Below, one piece after another: positions 8,904 through 19,000 of a stretch of DNA of 64,000 bases. Source of the stretch: Candidatus Poribacteria bacterium. Lineage in GTDB: Bacteria; Poribacteria; WGA-4E; JAJDTR01. The stretch is from NCBI GenBank assembly GCA_965222225.1, contig CBDCTK010000002.1, positions 2,496,001 to 2,560,000 of the forward strand, written 5' to 3'. A program made the translations under genes and the position numbers. Every line of letters starts with the position of its first letter. Position 1 is the first letter of the stretch. The notes beneath the pieces are model-generated. The model made no database searches and had not been told where the DNA came from. It saw only the letters and a list, made by a program, of their open reading frames with translations.

Positions 8904-11585
8904 TCACGATATTACCTGGAGTTCCACTGGTTCGTCGTCCGGTGCCAGAACTTCCACGCGGCCGGTCCGCTCAACGCTCTGCCAGTTGTCCGGTACCGGC
9001 TGGCCGTTGCAGATAGTCGTAGGCTTTGTAGGACTGTAATAGCGCACCCACGCCCGTCCCGGTCCACGCAGGAGGGCGTGCGCCACGCGGCCACCATCAC
9101 TCGTATTTGCCTCTACCAGCCCCAATCCTGAGGCTTCCATAATTACCGGCCCCCGAGGCGCTGTCTCCCCGAAGGACACCTCCACCTTGTGTAGACCCCC
9201 GCGCGAAAGCTCTAATGGCAAGCACCATGCGCCGGTCTGCTCTTGGCCGTCGACAACGATTCTATCAGGCCAGGTCCCCTCGCCCTGCAAATGGAAGTCC
9301 CACACCGACTTCCCGTAGCGCAGCCCCTCCAGAACCATCTCGCTGCCGAGTCCCACCGGGAACAAGCCAATTCCACCGGGACCGGTAGTGATTCCGAAAA
9401 AATTCTCAATCATCATCTGGTACCGACAGGCCAAACCATAGTTGAACGCATTGCATCCGGTTGCGTCCGGCGGCCTTAAGCTGTATGTTTCTCCAAAAGT
9501 ATGGAACTTGCCGAAGGTGTGCTCACACATGTCCCGACACGCAGCCAGTGCGTTTTGGTCGCGCGCCACGCGAAATAACCTTGCCGGCCCCATGTCATCA
9601 AGAGCGGTCCCAATGTATTGCCAGACGCTTGGTGACAAGCTTCCTTCACGCGCAAATTCTCGCATCCCCTTCCAGTCGGTATCAAAAAACATGCGGAAGG
9701 TCGATTCCGCAAGCTCAGTCTCCTTCCCGGCCACGAGTTCTTCGACGAAGGGGGTGTAGACATTGTAGCCGAGGAAATTGCTCCGAAAAATTGGGCCGCG
9801 CTCCATTGTGTCGGGCCAGACGAAATGTGCCACACACCGATGCTTCGGATTGTAAAACAGCCGCAAGTAATTTGTACGTACCTTCTCGGCTACCGATCGC
9901 AGCCGTGTCGCGAACGCCTCATCGCCAAACTGCATCGCCACAATCTCCCAAGTTCGAAGGACACTATACCAGCACCCGTTGGTGCAACTGGTATAGACAT
10001 AGCCATTGCGGAGTCCAAAGTCTTCCAGAGTGGTGTCACCACCCCAGAAGTGAACCTGCAGCCCCGTGTCTGCGTCCGCCTCCGTCAGCATCTTCTCCAG
10101 CCACGCTTTTCCCGGGACGTAGCGCTTCTGGTGGAAGAAATCATCGCGCACCCGCCACTGCAGCATAGCGCTTATGGTGAGAAAGTTGTACTCCGCCGAA
10201 CATGGCACCGCGTAGGAGATGTCCGCGGTCCAATCGTAATTCCACCCGTAGGATAGTTGTCCCTGGCGGCCGCGGTGCTCCGGCTTCCCCGCGAATGCCA
10301 GAAACCTGTCCGCGAAATCCTCATCGCCCATGTACATCATGCCGGGTTGGCTGTGCTGAATCTCGATGGCGCCAGTGTAAGTCCAGTCCGCCATACTCTT
10401 CATGACATAGTCTTCCCACTTAAACGCCTCAAGTTGAAGGGGCAACCAGGCTGCCATTACCTCCAGGTTCTCATGCCCAGGCGCCTTGACGCGGGGAAGG
10501 CCCGCCGCCACATCTCGCGCGTGCTCCCGGCGACGGACGAAGATTGACCGGCTATGGCCTCGAGTCGCCTTGAGATTCTCTACTGCCTCCGCATAGGTTG
10601 TCCCCACAGCCAAGCTAAACTCCAGATGTTCCGTCCCCCTCCAGCACAGGCGATTCTCCACCTGTGCCGGGCACTGTTCTCCGCAGCTGAACAGAAAGTA
10701 CAGGTTGCCCGCCGTCATCTCGTCCCGCCACGATTCGTCTGGATTGAAGCCTTTGTGCTCCCGACACCGCTCCGGCGTCATCTGCGGAGGACAGAACAGA
10801 TTTCCGGCAAACGGGTTGCGCATCTCCGCGACATAGAGCACATAGGCGTGGTTCTCAGTGTCCCACCCCAGCCGCATCCAGCGCCGTCCGTGCTCATGAC
10901 TGGACGCCCCTTCATCGGTAATGACCGACGCCAGGTTCACCTCTGCCCATACCTCTCCCGTGCCTGCCACCTCAAGGACAAGCTTGTTCCGCTCGATTAC
11001 CAGACGCGAGAAATTATCGTGGTCGGCGCCATAGCGGTTCTCAAAACCAAATGGCCACAGCTTCACCTCCTCGAACACGTTGCCTTGCTCGCCATGTCCA
11101 AAGCACAGGAATCCATTTCCGAAGAAGGTCTCCCGCGCACGCGGATACCGGGCCCATGGCCAGCAGGTAAACAAGTCAATGCCACCACTGGCTTGCGAAT
11201 AGCGAACACCCAGTCGACCATGGGTGGCCGAGAAGAACGCTTGCGGCAATCCGTCTTCCCGCACCAAAGCGACACCATCCACGTCGAGGTTCGCCGGACG
11301 TGGTGTATCCCCATAGTAGCCCTCTACCGGCGGCCTCGCCGGTAACATCCACTCTTCCGCCTCTATCGGTGGAGCGCCCGAGTATCCCGCGGTTGTGTTC
11401 AACTGGCACGCGGCATGCGTGTTTTGCCCTACTACCTGCGCGGCGGTTAGATTTCCACAGGCATCTAGTGAATCTATCCCTAAATTTCGTAATACCGACC
11501 GGGTATACTCGTACTTTTCCCACAGTTCTGCCACCGGCTGCTCAGGTAATATATAAACTCTCACGTCAACTTTCTCTTCAGCCAT
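8904..11585 (-). CDS. Large hypothetical protein, probable (alpha/alpha)6-barrel glycoside hydrolase/phosphorylase-like
   Basis: ATG at 11585 after GAGGGAG; helical core (NGCWYSVLR...AEKVRTNYLRLFYN) followed by a beta-rich FFGI...LEGLRYG tail typical of six-hairpin glycosidases. Confidence 0.55.
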   Translation of the reverse strand: MAEEKVDVRVYILPEQPVAELWEKYEYTRSVLRNLGIDSLDACGNLTAAQVVGQNTHAACQLNTTAGYSGAPPIEAEEWMLPARPPVEGYYGDTPRPANLDVDGVALVREDGLPQAFFSATHGRLGVRYSQASGGIDLFTCWPWARYPRARETFFGNGFLCFGHGEQGNVFEEVKLWPFGFENRYGADHDNFSRLVIERNKLVLEVAGTGEVWAEVNLASVITDEGASSHEHGRRWMRLGWDTENHAYVLYVAEMRNPFAGNLFCPPQMTPERCREHKGFNPDESWRDEMTAGNLYFLFSCGEQCPAQVENRLCWRGTEHLEFSLAVGTTYAEAVENLKATRGHSRSIFVRRREHARDVAAGLPRVKAPGHENLEVMAAWLPLQLEAFKWEDYVMKSMADWTYTGAIEIQHSQPGMMYMGDEDFADRFLAFAGKPEHRGRQGQLSYGWNYDWTADISYAVPCSAEYNFLTISAMLQWRVRDDFFHQKRYVPGKAWLEKMLTEADADTGLQVHFWGGDTTLEDFGLRNGYVYTSCTNGCWYSVLRTWEIVAMQFGDEAFATRLRSVAEKVRTNYLRLFYNPKHRCVAHFVWPDTMERGPIFRSNFLGYNVYTPFVEELVAGKETELAESTFRMFFDTDWKGMREFAREGSLSPSVWQYIGTALDDMGPARLFRVARDQNALAACRDMCEHTFGKFHTFGETYSLRPPDATGCNAFNYGLACRYQMMIENFFGITTGPGGIGLFPVGLGSEMVLEGLRYGKSVWDFHLQGEGTWPDRIVVDGQEQTGAWCLPLELSRGGLHKVEVSFGETAPRGPVIMEASGLGLVEANTSDGGRVAHALLRGPGRAWVRYYSPTKPTTICNGQPVPDNWQSVERTGRVEVLAPDDEPVELQVIS

Positions 11586-11681
11586 GTTTCTCCCTCTTGA
11601 ATGTGCATAGAGGCGGCGGAGCCCGCTCTCACAGAATAAACGAATTTGATTCGAATATGCTGTCAATCCGTGCTCTAACGC

Positions 11682-13559
11682 TTATTCGCTCATTTGGCCG
11701 TTCTGCGAAGACGCATACACCACATTTAGCCAGACCTTTTCGCCGGGTTGAAGCGAAAGTATGACCCCGACTTGCTCCATTCCTTCCAGGTGCAGGTATT
11801 GTAATGGTTTTAATGCGCCGTTGATAACTACTTGTTCCGCATTGCTACCTTTGTATGTACGGGGAAACAGCAAAGTCAGCCCGTCAATCCCAATCTCGTT
11901 CTGAAGACTAAAAGAGAGGCTTGAATCTTTAATCCGCCAGTCTCCAAAGACGACGCTGCGACGGGCGTCGTTGAACGCTAACCATTCGGTCGCGTTGACA
12001 AAAGGAACTTCGTTTTCAGACAGGCAAGACACGACGAAATCTATCCATGCGCCTTCCGGTTCTTGTGTCGCCATCACCGGATGAAAGCACGGGTGGAAAA
12101 CACCGTGATATTTGCTTCGACAATCGTCTATCAGTTTTTCGGAAAGGGCGCACAGGGCTTCAGCATCCAACGCGGGCTGGAGAAGTTTATCACTCCTCAG
12201 TCCGTCGTCGCTGAAGACGGTGCTCTGTTCGTAGCAGTCGATGATTGCCCCGCTCTCGGAAGCAAACTTCACGGGCAGCGCGCTCCCGTTGAGATAGCCG
12301 TATTGAAATGGGGGACCCGGCATGAAATTTGTGTCAAGGCGAATTCCATTGGTCGAGAGGAGTTCAGCAGTTTCAGACCAACCGACCCAAATCGCATTGT
12401 GCCCCCTGTGAACCGCCGGTTCCCATCCCAAGATGTCATTGAAAAGGCGTGTCCCTTCTGAAAACGCCGTTTCCAGCATTTCAAGACTTGGTCTTCTGCC
12501 GGCAAAGAGGTGTGGACCAAGATCATGGCCCTTCTGTCGCATACCTGCTATCTCTTCACGCGAAAAAAAATCAAAATGATCATACATCGTCGCCCACTCC
12601 TCCCGACAGGAGTGCGCTGCATCGGCGTATAGGGGGCCACGCGTCGTGAGATATATGGTATATTTACCACCCACAACCTCCACGGTCTTGAGCACGAAAT
12701 CGATTTGCTCCCGATTCATCGCATCACTGTCACCAGACAGCAGTGCCATTGACGGAGCACCGTGGGGAAAATGCCAGACCCGTGGAAAGGCAAGCCGGTC
12801 CTCACAAAGCCATCGCAACAGCGTGACAAAAATGTCCTGGTGCACATCGGCCTGTGGGATGAGTTTCAATCGCTCGTCCAAATATCCGACGAAGAGGTCG
12901 TTCGGCTTGTAGGCGTAATCAAGGTCTGGGTCGGGTCGAACACTGAGGCTGGACTGATACGGAAGTCCCTGGTGGAAGTAAACCGTTGAAGCAGCAATGT
13001 CATAAGCGAACATGGCAACCCGGCTAGTTCCATCCTCACGAGTGACAATAGCCGGGTAATGCGTGCACACGCCGGGTGAGCCTCCGAAATAAGCGAACAC
13101 TTGTGCATCGCACGGTTCATACAGATCTGCCTGCCAGTGAAATTGAAGGGTTTCAGCGATAATGGATCCCGTCAGTGAATGATCTGGATTGAGCGTAATA
13201 TAGCCATCCATACACCCTTTGACGACCCCCGTCGCTCGTTTCACACCAAAAAGATTGTCTAAGGAGCAGGGAGGTTTTGAAGCGATGAGACGTCCTCCTG
13301 AATGAACGTACTGTCGGATGACATCTTGATCGGTTTTTTCTAAATCAACGTTGCCCAAGATAACGACCTCAAAACAGAGCAGTTCATCTTTGGTCAGCGG
13401 CACGTCACCGGCTGCACGAATCTCATAGCAGAGGATACCCTCTACCGCTAAAATCTCCAGCAGGTACTCGGCAAAAACGTTGCCATCGCCTTTGTTTACA
13501 ATGATCAGGATGGGTTGTTTGGTATGTCCTGAGCTTTGCTCGCGATTGCTTTTGTTCAT
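11682..13559 (-). CDS. Hypothetical protein: GATase-like N-terminal region plus polysaccharide-deacetylase-like domain
   Basis: 625-aa ORF; YVHSGGRLI; LSGDSD, GHDLGPH, RGH, FHP motifs. Confidence 0.6.
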   Translation of the reverse strand: MNKSNREQSSGHTKQPILIIVNKGDGNVFAEYLLEILAVEGILCYEIRAAGDVPLTKDELLCFEVVILGNVDLEKTDQDVIRQYVHSGGRLIASKPPCSLDNLFGVKRATGVVKGCMDGYITLNPDHSLTGSIIAETLQFHWQADLYEPCDAQVFAYFGGSPGVCTHYPAIVTREDGTSRVAMFAYDIAASTVYFHQGLPYQSSLSVRPDPDLDYAYKPNDLFVGYLDERLKLIPQADVHQDIFVTLLRWLCEDRLAFPRVWHFPHGAPSMALLSGDSDAMNREQIDFVLKTVEVVGGKYTIYLTTRGPLYADAAHSCREEWATMYDHFDFFSREEIAGMRQKGHDLGPHLFAGRRPSLEMLETAFSEGTRLFNDILGWEPAVHRGHNAIWVGWSETAELLSTNGIRLDTNFMPGPPFQYGYLNGSALPVKFASESGAIIDCYEQSTVFSDDGLRSDKLLQPALDAEALCALSEKLIDDCRSKYHGVFHPCFHPVMATQEPEGAWIDFVVSCLSENEVPFVNATEWLAFNDARRSVVFGDWRIKDSSLSFSLQNEIGIDGLTLLFPRTYKGSNAEQVVINGALKPLQYLHLEGMEQVGVILSLQPGEKVWLNVVYASSQNGQMSE

Positions 13560-13568
13560 TTTATCTGT

Positions 13569-14678
13569 TTATTGGCAGGTTATGAGTCGCTCCGGGATAG
13601 TTGCTACGTGCACTTGAGGATAGCCAGAGCGGTCTGAGCAGAATACAATGCGCTTTCCGTCCGGGCTAAAAGACGGATGCGGATGGGTCCATTGAGGGCC
13701 ATACAGTGTGTCACCACTGATTTTCATCGTTTCCCACCCGGGCGCCCCTACCGCAGATTCCTCCGGCAATGCGCCAGCTGCATAGTCTTTTTCCCATTGC
13801 GTTCCCTGATTGGAACCTTGGGGATAGCAAAGCGGAACGTGGTTTCCGGTTAATGTATGGATCAACCGCAGTCCAATGTCCGGATGCACGGTATCGCACA
13901 CAATCCATTGCCCATCCGGCGAACTGGCGATATGCCAGGCGTTGAGCGCCGCAATTGTCTCAATCTTACCGCTGTAAGGATCGATTTTCTTCAGTGCGTG
14001 CGGCCAGTGAACAAAGATTACCTGATCTGTCTGGCCCAGAAACGTCTCATGTACGAAGAACTCACGGGGTTTGTTGTGATACAGGCAGGTGTCCTCAGAA
14101 CCGTCAATATTGACTCGCCATAGCCGCGGAAGCGGATCGCTAGCGTAGAGAATCCACTCCGAGTGATTCGGAGGCCACTGGGGATGCAGAATGGGCTTCT
14201 GACCCCGGATGACATACTCCCAGCCCTGGCCATTGGTTTCTACAACCACGATTCCGTATTCACCCTCTCTTATACAGGTGGTCACGATTAGCGTACCATC
14301 GTGGTTGAGTCGGCACTCTCCCAAGGCACAGCCGGGGAAGCGAGCTAATACCGCCCTCTCCAATGTAGTTAGATTCAGTTTGCAGACCGTATCCGCGGCG
14401 GTGTAGAAAAGTGTGCTACCGCTCACATGGCCTGAGTAGCCAAACAGCCCCTCAACATCAGTAAGCCTTGCAATCGGTCCTCCCTGTGCGTCCACGTTGT
14501 ACAAGTCTGCTTTCCCGGCGCGGTAAGACGTGAAAACCAGGGATTGTCCATCCTCAGTAAAGGAATTATTCAGATAATAAAGGTTATGATTGACGGAAGG
14601 GTGGTTGGTCAGTCTTACAATCTCCACTCCTGTTTGCTCGTCATAAACGCTGGTGGCCTCTCCAGGCAGCAAATCCAT
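13569..14678 (-). CDS. Oligogalacturonate lyase (Ogl/PL22-like) family beta-propeller protein
   Basis: Start MDLLPGE after AAAGGAG; DEQTGVEIVRLT...HNLYY..NSFT.DG; HETF, AWH, HPHPSFSPDG. Confidence 0.8.
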   Translation of the reverse strand: MDLLPGEATSVYDEQTGVEIVRLTNHPSVNHNLYYLNNSFTEDGQSLVFTSYRAGKADLYNVDAQGGPIARLTDVEGLFGYSGHVSGSTLFYTAADTVCKLNLTTLERAVLARFPGCALGECRLNHDGTLIVTTCIREGEYGIVVVETNGQGWEYVIRGQKPILHPQWPPNHSEWILYASDPLPRLWRVNIDGSEDTCLYHNKPREFFVHETFLGQTDQVIFVHWPHALKKIDPYSGKIETIAALNAWHIASSPDGQWIVCDTVHPDIGLRLIHTLTGNHVPLCYPQGSNQGTQWEKDYAAGALPEESAVGAPGWETMKISGDTLYGPQWTHPHPSFSPDGKRIVFCSDRSGYPQVHVATIPERLITCQ

Positions 14679-15015
14679 AGCTCCTTTTCTCCATATTGAA
14701 GTGATTTCGCTGAAAGAACATTTAATCACCTGTGTGATTTTTTCAGTTCGGAGAATCTGCTGCCAGAATCCGTCATTGTAAAGGCATGTCCTTGAGCGGA
14801 GGGATGGGCTGGCAAAACGGGGCGGAGATGACACATAGAAGGTGTAGGAACGCAAAAAATAGTACGTCCGACCATTGTGGTACGGTTAATGGAAATGTGA
14901 ATAGCGGTACGTAGGAGAACATCTTGAATTCAAGCGATTTGTCCTCGCCGCAAACGGTGAGAATTGTCAAAATTTTTTGGGGTCTTACCTTAGCAAGGTC
15001 ACGGACGCCCTATTC

Positions 15016-15795
15016 CTACTGCCCCTTCAAGGAAGCCCACGTGGTAGCCAGTTTGCCACTCGGCTCCACCGCCTGTTTTTGGGATTTCATCAGATTGTTT
15101 AGTTCCTTTTCACTCAATGCCCTGCGGTATATCCTTAGTTCATCGATAACACCTTTAAACGAATGGGCACCTATAGCCCAAGGCTGGGAGCCGACAACGA
15201 GGGACACACCTGTTTTAGCAATGGGTTTTCCCCCTGTTTGTAGACGTCTGTTTTCCTCGCCGTTTAGCCAAGCGGTCAGAGCCTTTTCCTTCAGACTATA
15301 TGTCCAGGCTAGATGAACCCACTCACCAGTGGGAACCGCATCCTTTCCTTCGAACGTAAGATAGCGTTTGTCTACATCCTGAAATTCAGGATACATCTGG
15401 TGACCGTTGCCGGATACGCCGCAGACCCAGCCCTCAAGGACGCCGAAACGGCCTTCCGCTTTTCCGACTAACTTGAAAGGATAAGGGGCGTCACCGTTAT
15501 CGAATATCCACGCGGCAGCCGTAAGCTCATCTGGCTCCAGATTATCGGCATGCTGAACGACAATACTACCAAAGGGAGACCTGAGTTCCAAACCACCGTT
15601 AAATTTTCCTCCAACCCACTTGACTGTCCCTTTGAAGGTCCCGTTATTTTTATTGCCGGAACGATCTCGAACTTCATCCCCGGCGGCCTCATCAAAGCTA
15701 AAGTAAAGACTCAAGGATTTATCTTGAGCCGACACGGCGGCGGTTAACATTATACAGGATAACCCGATTGCCGAAGTAAGAGTCAGGATTCTCAT
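15016..15795 (-). CDS. LamG-like jellyroll secreted protein
   Basis: Signal peptide, LYFSFDE, EWVHLAWTY, FKGVIDELRIY, C-terminal AVEPSGKLATTWASLK. Confidence 0.9.
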   Translation of the reverse strand: MRILTLTSAIGLSCIMLTAAVSAQDKSLSLYFSFDEAAGDEVRDRSGNKNNGTFKGTVKWVGGKFNGGLELRSPFGSIVVQHADNLEPDELTAAAWIFDNGDAPYPFKLVGKAEGRFGVLEGWVCGVSGNGHQMYPEFQDVDKRYLTFEGKDAVPTGEWVHLAWTYSLKEKALTAWLNGEENRRLQTGGKPIAKTGVSLVVGSQPWAIGAHSFKGVIDELRIYRRALSEKELNNLMKSQKQAVEPSGKLATTWASLKGQ

Positions 15796-16036
15796 TGTTG
15801 TGTCAGTGTTATCCAGACCGTATTGAGTTCAGGGCTGCGATTTCGCATACCGTGCCTGATTCCCGATTGCGTTCATCAAGAACTATACCACCGATGGTCA
15901 CAAGTATCATTCTGCAAGGAGCTCATCAATGAAACAAGTGAGTGGTGAATGGTTAGTGGGCTTTTTCATCCGCTACTCACCGCTCGACCACTCACTTGTC
16001 ATCAAAAGGCTCCATTTACCGCTGTTTAAGGAATAA

Positions 16037-16206
16037 TACCATTTCTTTAGATTCGCAGTGCATTATAGGCATCAATCAAGTCTCTCCAATGCGGGGCAAG
16101 AGGATCTCTATCGCATTCGCTATTCGCTCATTTGATTCCCGCCTACGGAGAATGTGAAGAATATAACCGATACATCATAATGCACTATTATTCAAGCGAA
16201 ATGGAA
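16037..16206. mobile_element. MITE (TACCATTTC family), internally deleted, carrying a 37-nt micro-element at 16100-16136
   Basis: Homology to 1823-2000; insertion sits in the CGGGGCA..CCCG hairpin loop. Confidence 0.75.
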
Positions 16207-16238
16207 TAACCATCAGTATCAAAACACCTGCCAATGGC

Positions 16239-17036
16239 TTACTTAGTCTTCAGGGAAGCCCACACGGTAGCGAGCTTGCCGCTCGGCTCAACGGCAGTCG
16301 GGCTATCCATGAGAGCCATTATCTGATCCTGAGTGAGTGCATCGTCGTAGACTGCAACTTCATCTACAACACCGTGATATCCATGGGCTCCCGGATTCCA
16401 GGGCTGGGCGCCTATAATGAGACCCAACTCACCCGCCGTGTCGAAATTTGTCCTGATCGGCTTTCCCGGGATGTCTCTAGTGTGGTGGACCTCGCCGTTT
16501 ACCCAACCGGTTAGGGTCTTTTCCGCTACGCTATACGTCCAGGCAAGGTGAGCCCACTCACCAGTCGGGATAGCCTCAGGCCCTTGGAACGAAATGGGAT
16601 TGAGATCCGTATCCTGGATTTCAGGGTACATCACGTGACCGTTACCGGATATACCACAGACCCAGCCTTCGAGGACGCCGAAACGACCTTCTGCTTGTCC
16701 TATCAGCTTGAAAGGATAGGGGGCGTCGCCGAGGTCGAAGATCCATGCGGCTGCAGTCAGCCCACCAATCTTTAGGCTATCGGAATCCTCGACCCGGACA
16801 TGGCCTTGTACAGGGTCAGCAAAGAATTCAAGCGCGCCGCCAAAGCCATCTTTTCCGGCAGTCCACTCGGATTCTCCCATGATGGCCCCATTATTTCCGT
16901 TGCCGGAACCATCTGTCACTGTATCCCCTCCACCCTCATCAAAGTTGAAGTAGATGACCAGGTTTTGAGCCGCCGCAGTAGAGGTTAACATCAAACAAGC
17001 TAACCCCGCTATGAGTGTAAAGACTAGACACTTCAT
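16239..17036 (-). CDS. LamG-like jellyroll secreted protein (paralog of 15016-15795)
   Basis: Start MKCLVF after AAGGAG; IYFNFDE; C-terminal AVEPSGKLATVWASLK. Confidence 0.9.
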   Translation of the reverse strand: MKCLVFTLIAGLACLMLTSTAAAQNLVIYFNFDEGGGDTVTDGSGNGNNGAIMGESEWTAGKDGFGGALEFFADPVQGHVRVEDSDSLKIGGLTAAAWIFDLGDAPYPFKLIGQAEGRFGVLEGWVCGISGNGHVMYPEIQDTDLNPISFQGPEAIPTGEWAHLAWTYSVAEKTLTGWVNGEVHHTRDIPGKPIRTNFDTAGELGLIIGAQPWNPGAHGYHGVVDEVAVYDDALTQDQIMALMDSPTAVEPSGKLATVWASLKTK

Positions 17037-17465
17037 TTGTTGTTCTCCTTGTATAACATGTTTAGTGAACGATGCCATCTTTCGCGAAATAAAATTGTGC
17101 AATGGTTTTTTCATACTAAATCTTGTAGTATACACCCAAATCACCTAATTCGCGGCTAGATTTCAAGGTCGAGTTTGTCTCAGTAGCGGGACATATAAGG
17201 CATTATATACAAGATTTGGTATGTCCTAATTTGACATTATACAATTCCATTACGCGGAAGGTTAGAACAGTGGTGACTTAGACACAGATTGTCAACAGAA
17301 AATAGTGGACATCGGCGTGTAGTTCGTTTTCTGCACGACGCCCGTTGTTAAATGAATTCCTCAAGCGATCTGTTGCAAGAAAACGCTTAAAGCATTGAAC
17401 CTTGTTCTTCCCTGGCTTGTGAGGCCTACTTCCACAATTCTCACCCCCTTGTTTCCAATTCAACA

Positions 17466-17520
17466 ATAAACAAAAAAGGCGTCTCCGAAGAAGCAATCAA
17501 ACTCCTTCAAAGACGCCTTA
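17466..17520 (-). terminator. Intrinsic terminator-like hairpin
   Basis: Minus strand AAGGCGTCTTTGAAG...CTTCGGAGACGCCTT followed by a T-tract. Confidence 0.5.
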
Positions 17521-18456
17521 TTGACGCGGTCACAAAAAATTCCCTTCGGGGCGAAACTCTCCTGCTCCGAACATTCGGTGGTGGTAGAGAGTTTTGGAAT
17601 TTTTCTAAATGAACTAGATTAGGAGACCATAAAGCCATTTTTCCTCCGGAAAGAACTTTAGGTCATTATACAATCAAGAGATTCGGGCGTTATACATCTT
17701 TTCAGATTCCTTGTCGATCAATTAAAATCGCTAAATCAGTCATTTTCGGCTTTTCAGAGCTAGATGTGGAATGCTGTAACGGCTCGGTATCGGAAGAGCT
17801 CAAAGTCGCGAAATCCAGAGGCCTTGCCGGATCGGGACAGGGCGGCGTTTGATGAGGTTGATTTTATTGTTGATGCCTTCGGCGATGCCGCTGGTCGTGC
17901 GGTGACAATAGTAATTGGCGATTTGGTCAATCCAGTTTGCTAGCGTCCAGCGGAAATTCGAACAGAGTCCCGCTTTCTCAGCTACGAAGGACCACTTCCG
18001 CAGCCACTCGATTGCCTTCTCTTTCGTCAAATTGCACTCAACGATATGCTGCAGACAGTCATTGAGTCAATGAGCCGTCTTGACCAGAGGAGACACCTGA
18101 TAAACGTGTTCCCCGATAGATCGGGGGCTGCTTTTCGGTTAGTCGTCCTGGTTCTTTTGCTGATTCTTTAACTGCTTGAGTTCCCGGTTGACCGCCTGCA
18201 TCACATGAAACCGGTCGGCGGTAATCGTCGCCTAGGGCAACAACTCGGCACACACAGTATCATAGGGACTCCACATGTCGATGACGACTTCTTGAATCTG
18301 TGCGCGCTCGAAAGCCGATAGCTGTTCAAGTCGCGCCCTGAGTTTCTCTTGGGTTCTCGCTTTGAGGAAATCGACGACTTCTTTCATGTCCAGATTCGTC
18401 AGAATCAAGGCGAAGTCCCCTTTTCCCTTCCGCAACGCAATTTCATCAATACCCAA

Positions 18457-18529
18457 CGGAGTCTCTATCGATTAACCGACCGAATAGGGAGGGCAATAGA
18501 TAATCCTGCTCGCTATCCGCTCGGTTGAA
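18457..18529 (+). mobile_element. 37-nt micro-element, self-nested 73-nt composite inside ISL3 transposase
   Basis: Splits NLKR|LGIDE; inner inverted unit at 18471-18507. Confidence 0.8.
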
Positions 18530-18812
18530 CGTTTGAGATTGGCAACGGGGGTTAAGGGGATGCGACATCTCGTTTCGTGGAGGGAGATGCTTTCAATCTG
18601 GCCATAAGTCAACCCTTCAGTGCTGGGTACCGCGCTGATGTTGTTCTCTCGAACTTGGTGGAATATCCAATCTTGGTAACGATGGGTGTAATCGCGTCGC
18701 TCGTCGACAAAGCCGAAGGATTCGGAGAAGGCACCTTCGCAGTCTTCACGGAAGAATCGACGGAAATTAGTCAGCTTGCCACAGTGAGAGCATACCGCCG
18801 TCTGAGATGCCG

Positions 18813-18862
18813 ATCAACTGACTGAATAAGGAAGGCGATAGCAAATCCTGATAGAGATCCCT
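18813..18862 (-). mobile_element. 37-nt micro-element plus 13-nt head of a second unit, inside ISL3
   Basis: Reverse complement reads AGGGATCTCTATC + AGGATTTGCTATCGCCTTCCTTATTCAGTCAGTTGAT. Confidence 0.8.
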
Positions 18863-19000
18863 TCACTGTCCCATGAAATCCTATCTAGACCAACCTCGGC
18901 AGAAACTACCTGGTAGTTGGGAATGTCGATTCGTTGAATTATAGTCATTGTGATTAAGAATTACACATATGGGATTTACTTGGTTCGGTTTGTAGTAGCA

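Larger units (their letters stand above)
17760..18948 (-). pseudogene. ISL3 family transposase pseudogene, interrupted by several micro-insertions
   Basis: Fragments AVCSHCG, LGIDEIALRKG, VIDMWSPY, DRFHV, TTSGIAEGINNKINLIKRR...GFRDF. Confidence 0.9.

Noticed and set aside
11672-11696. CTCTAACGCTTATTCGCTCATTTG resembling the micro-element tail
   Set aside because: Only a 14-nt exact match, wrong spacing, and it overlaps a normal gene end; could be chance.
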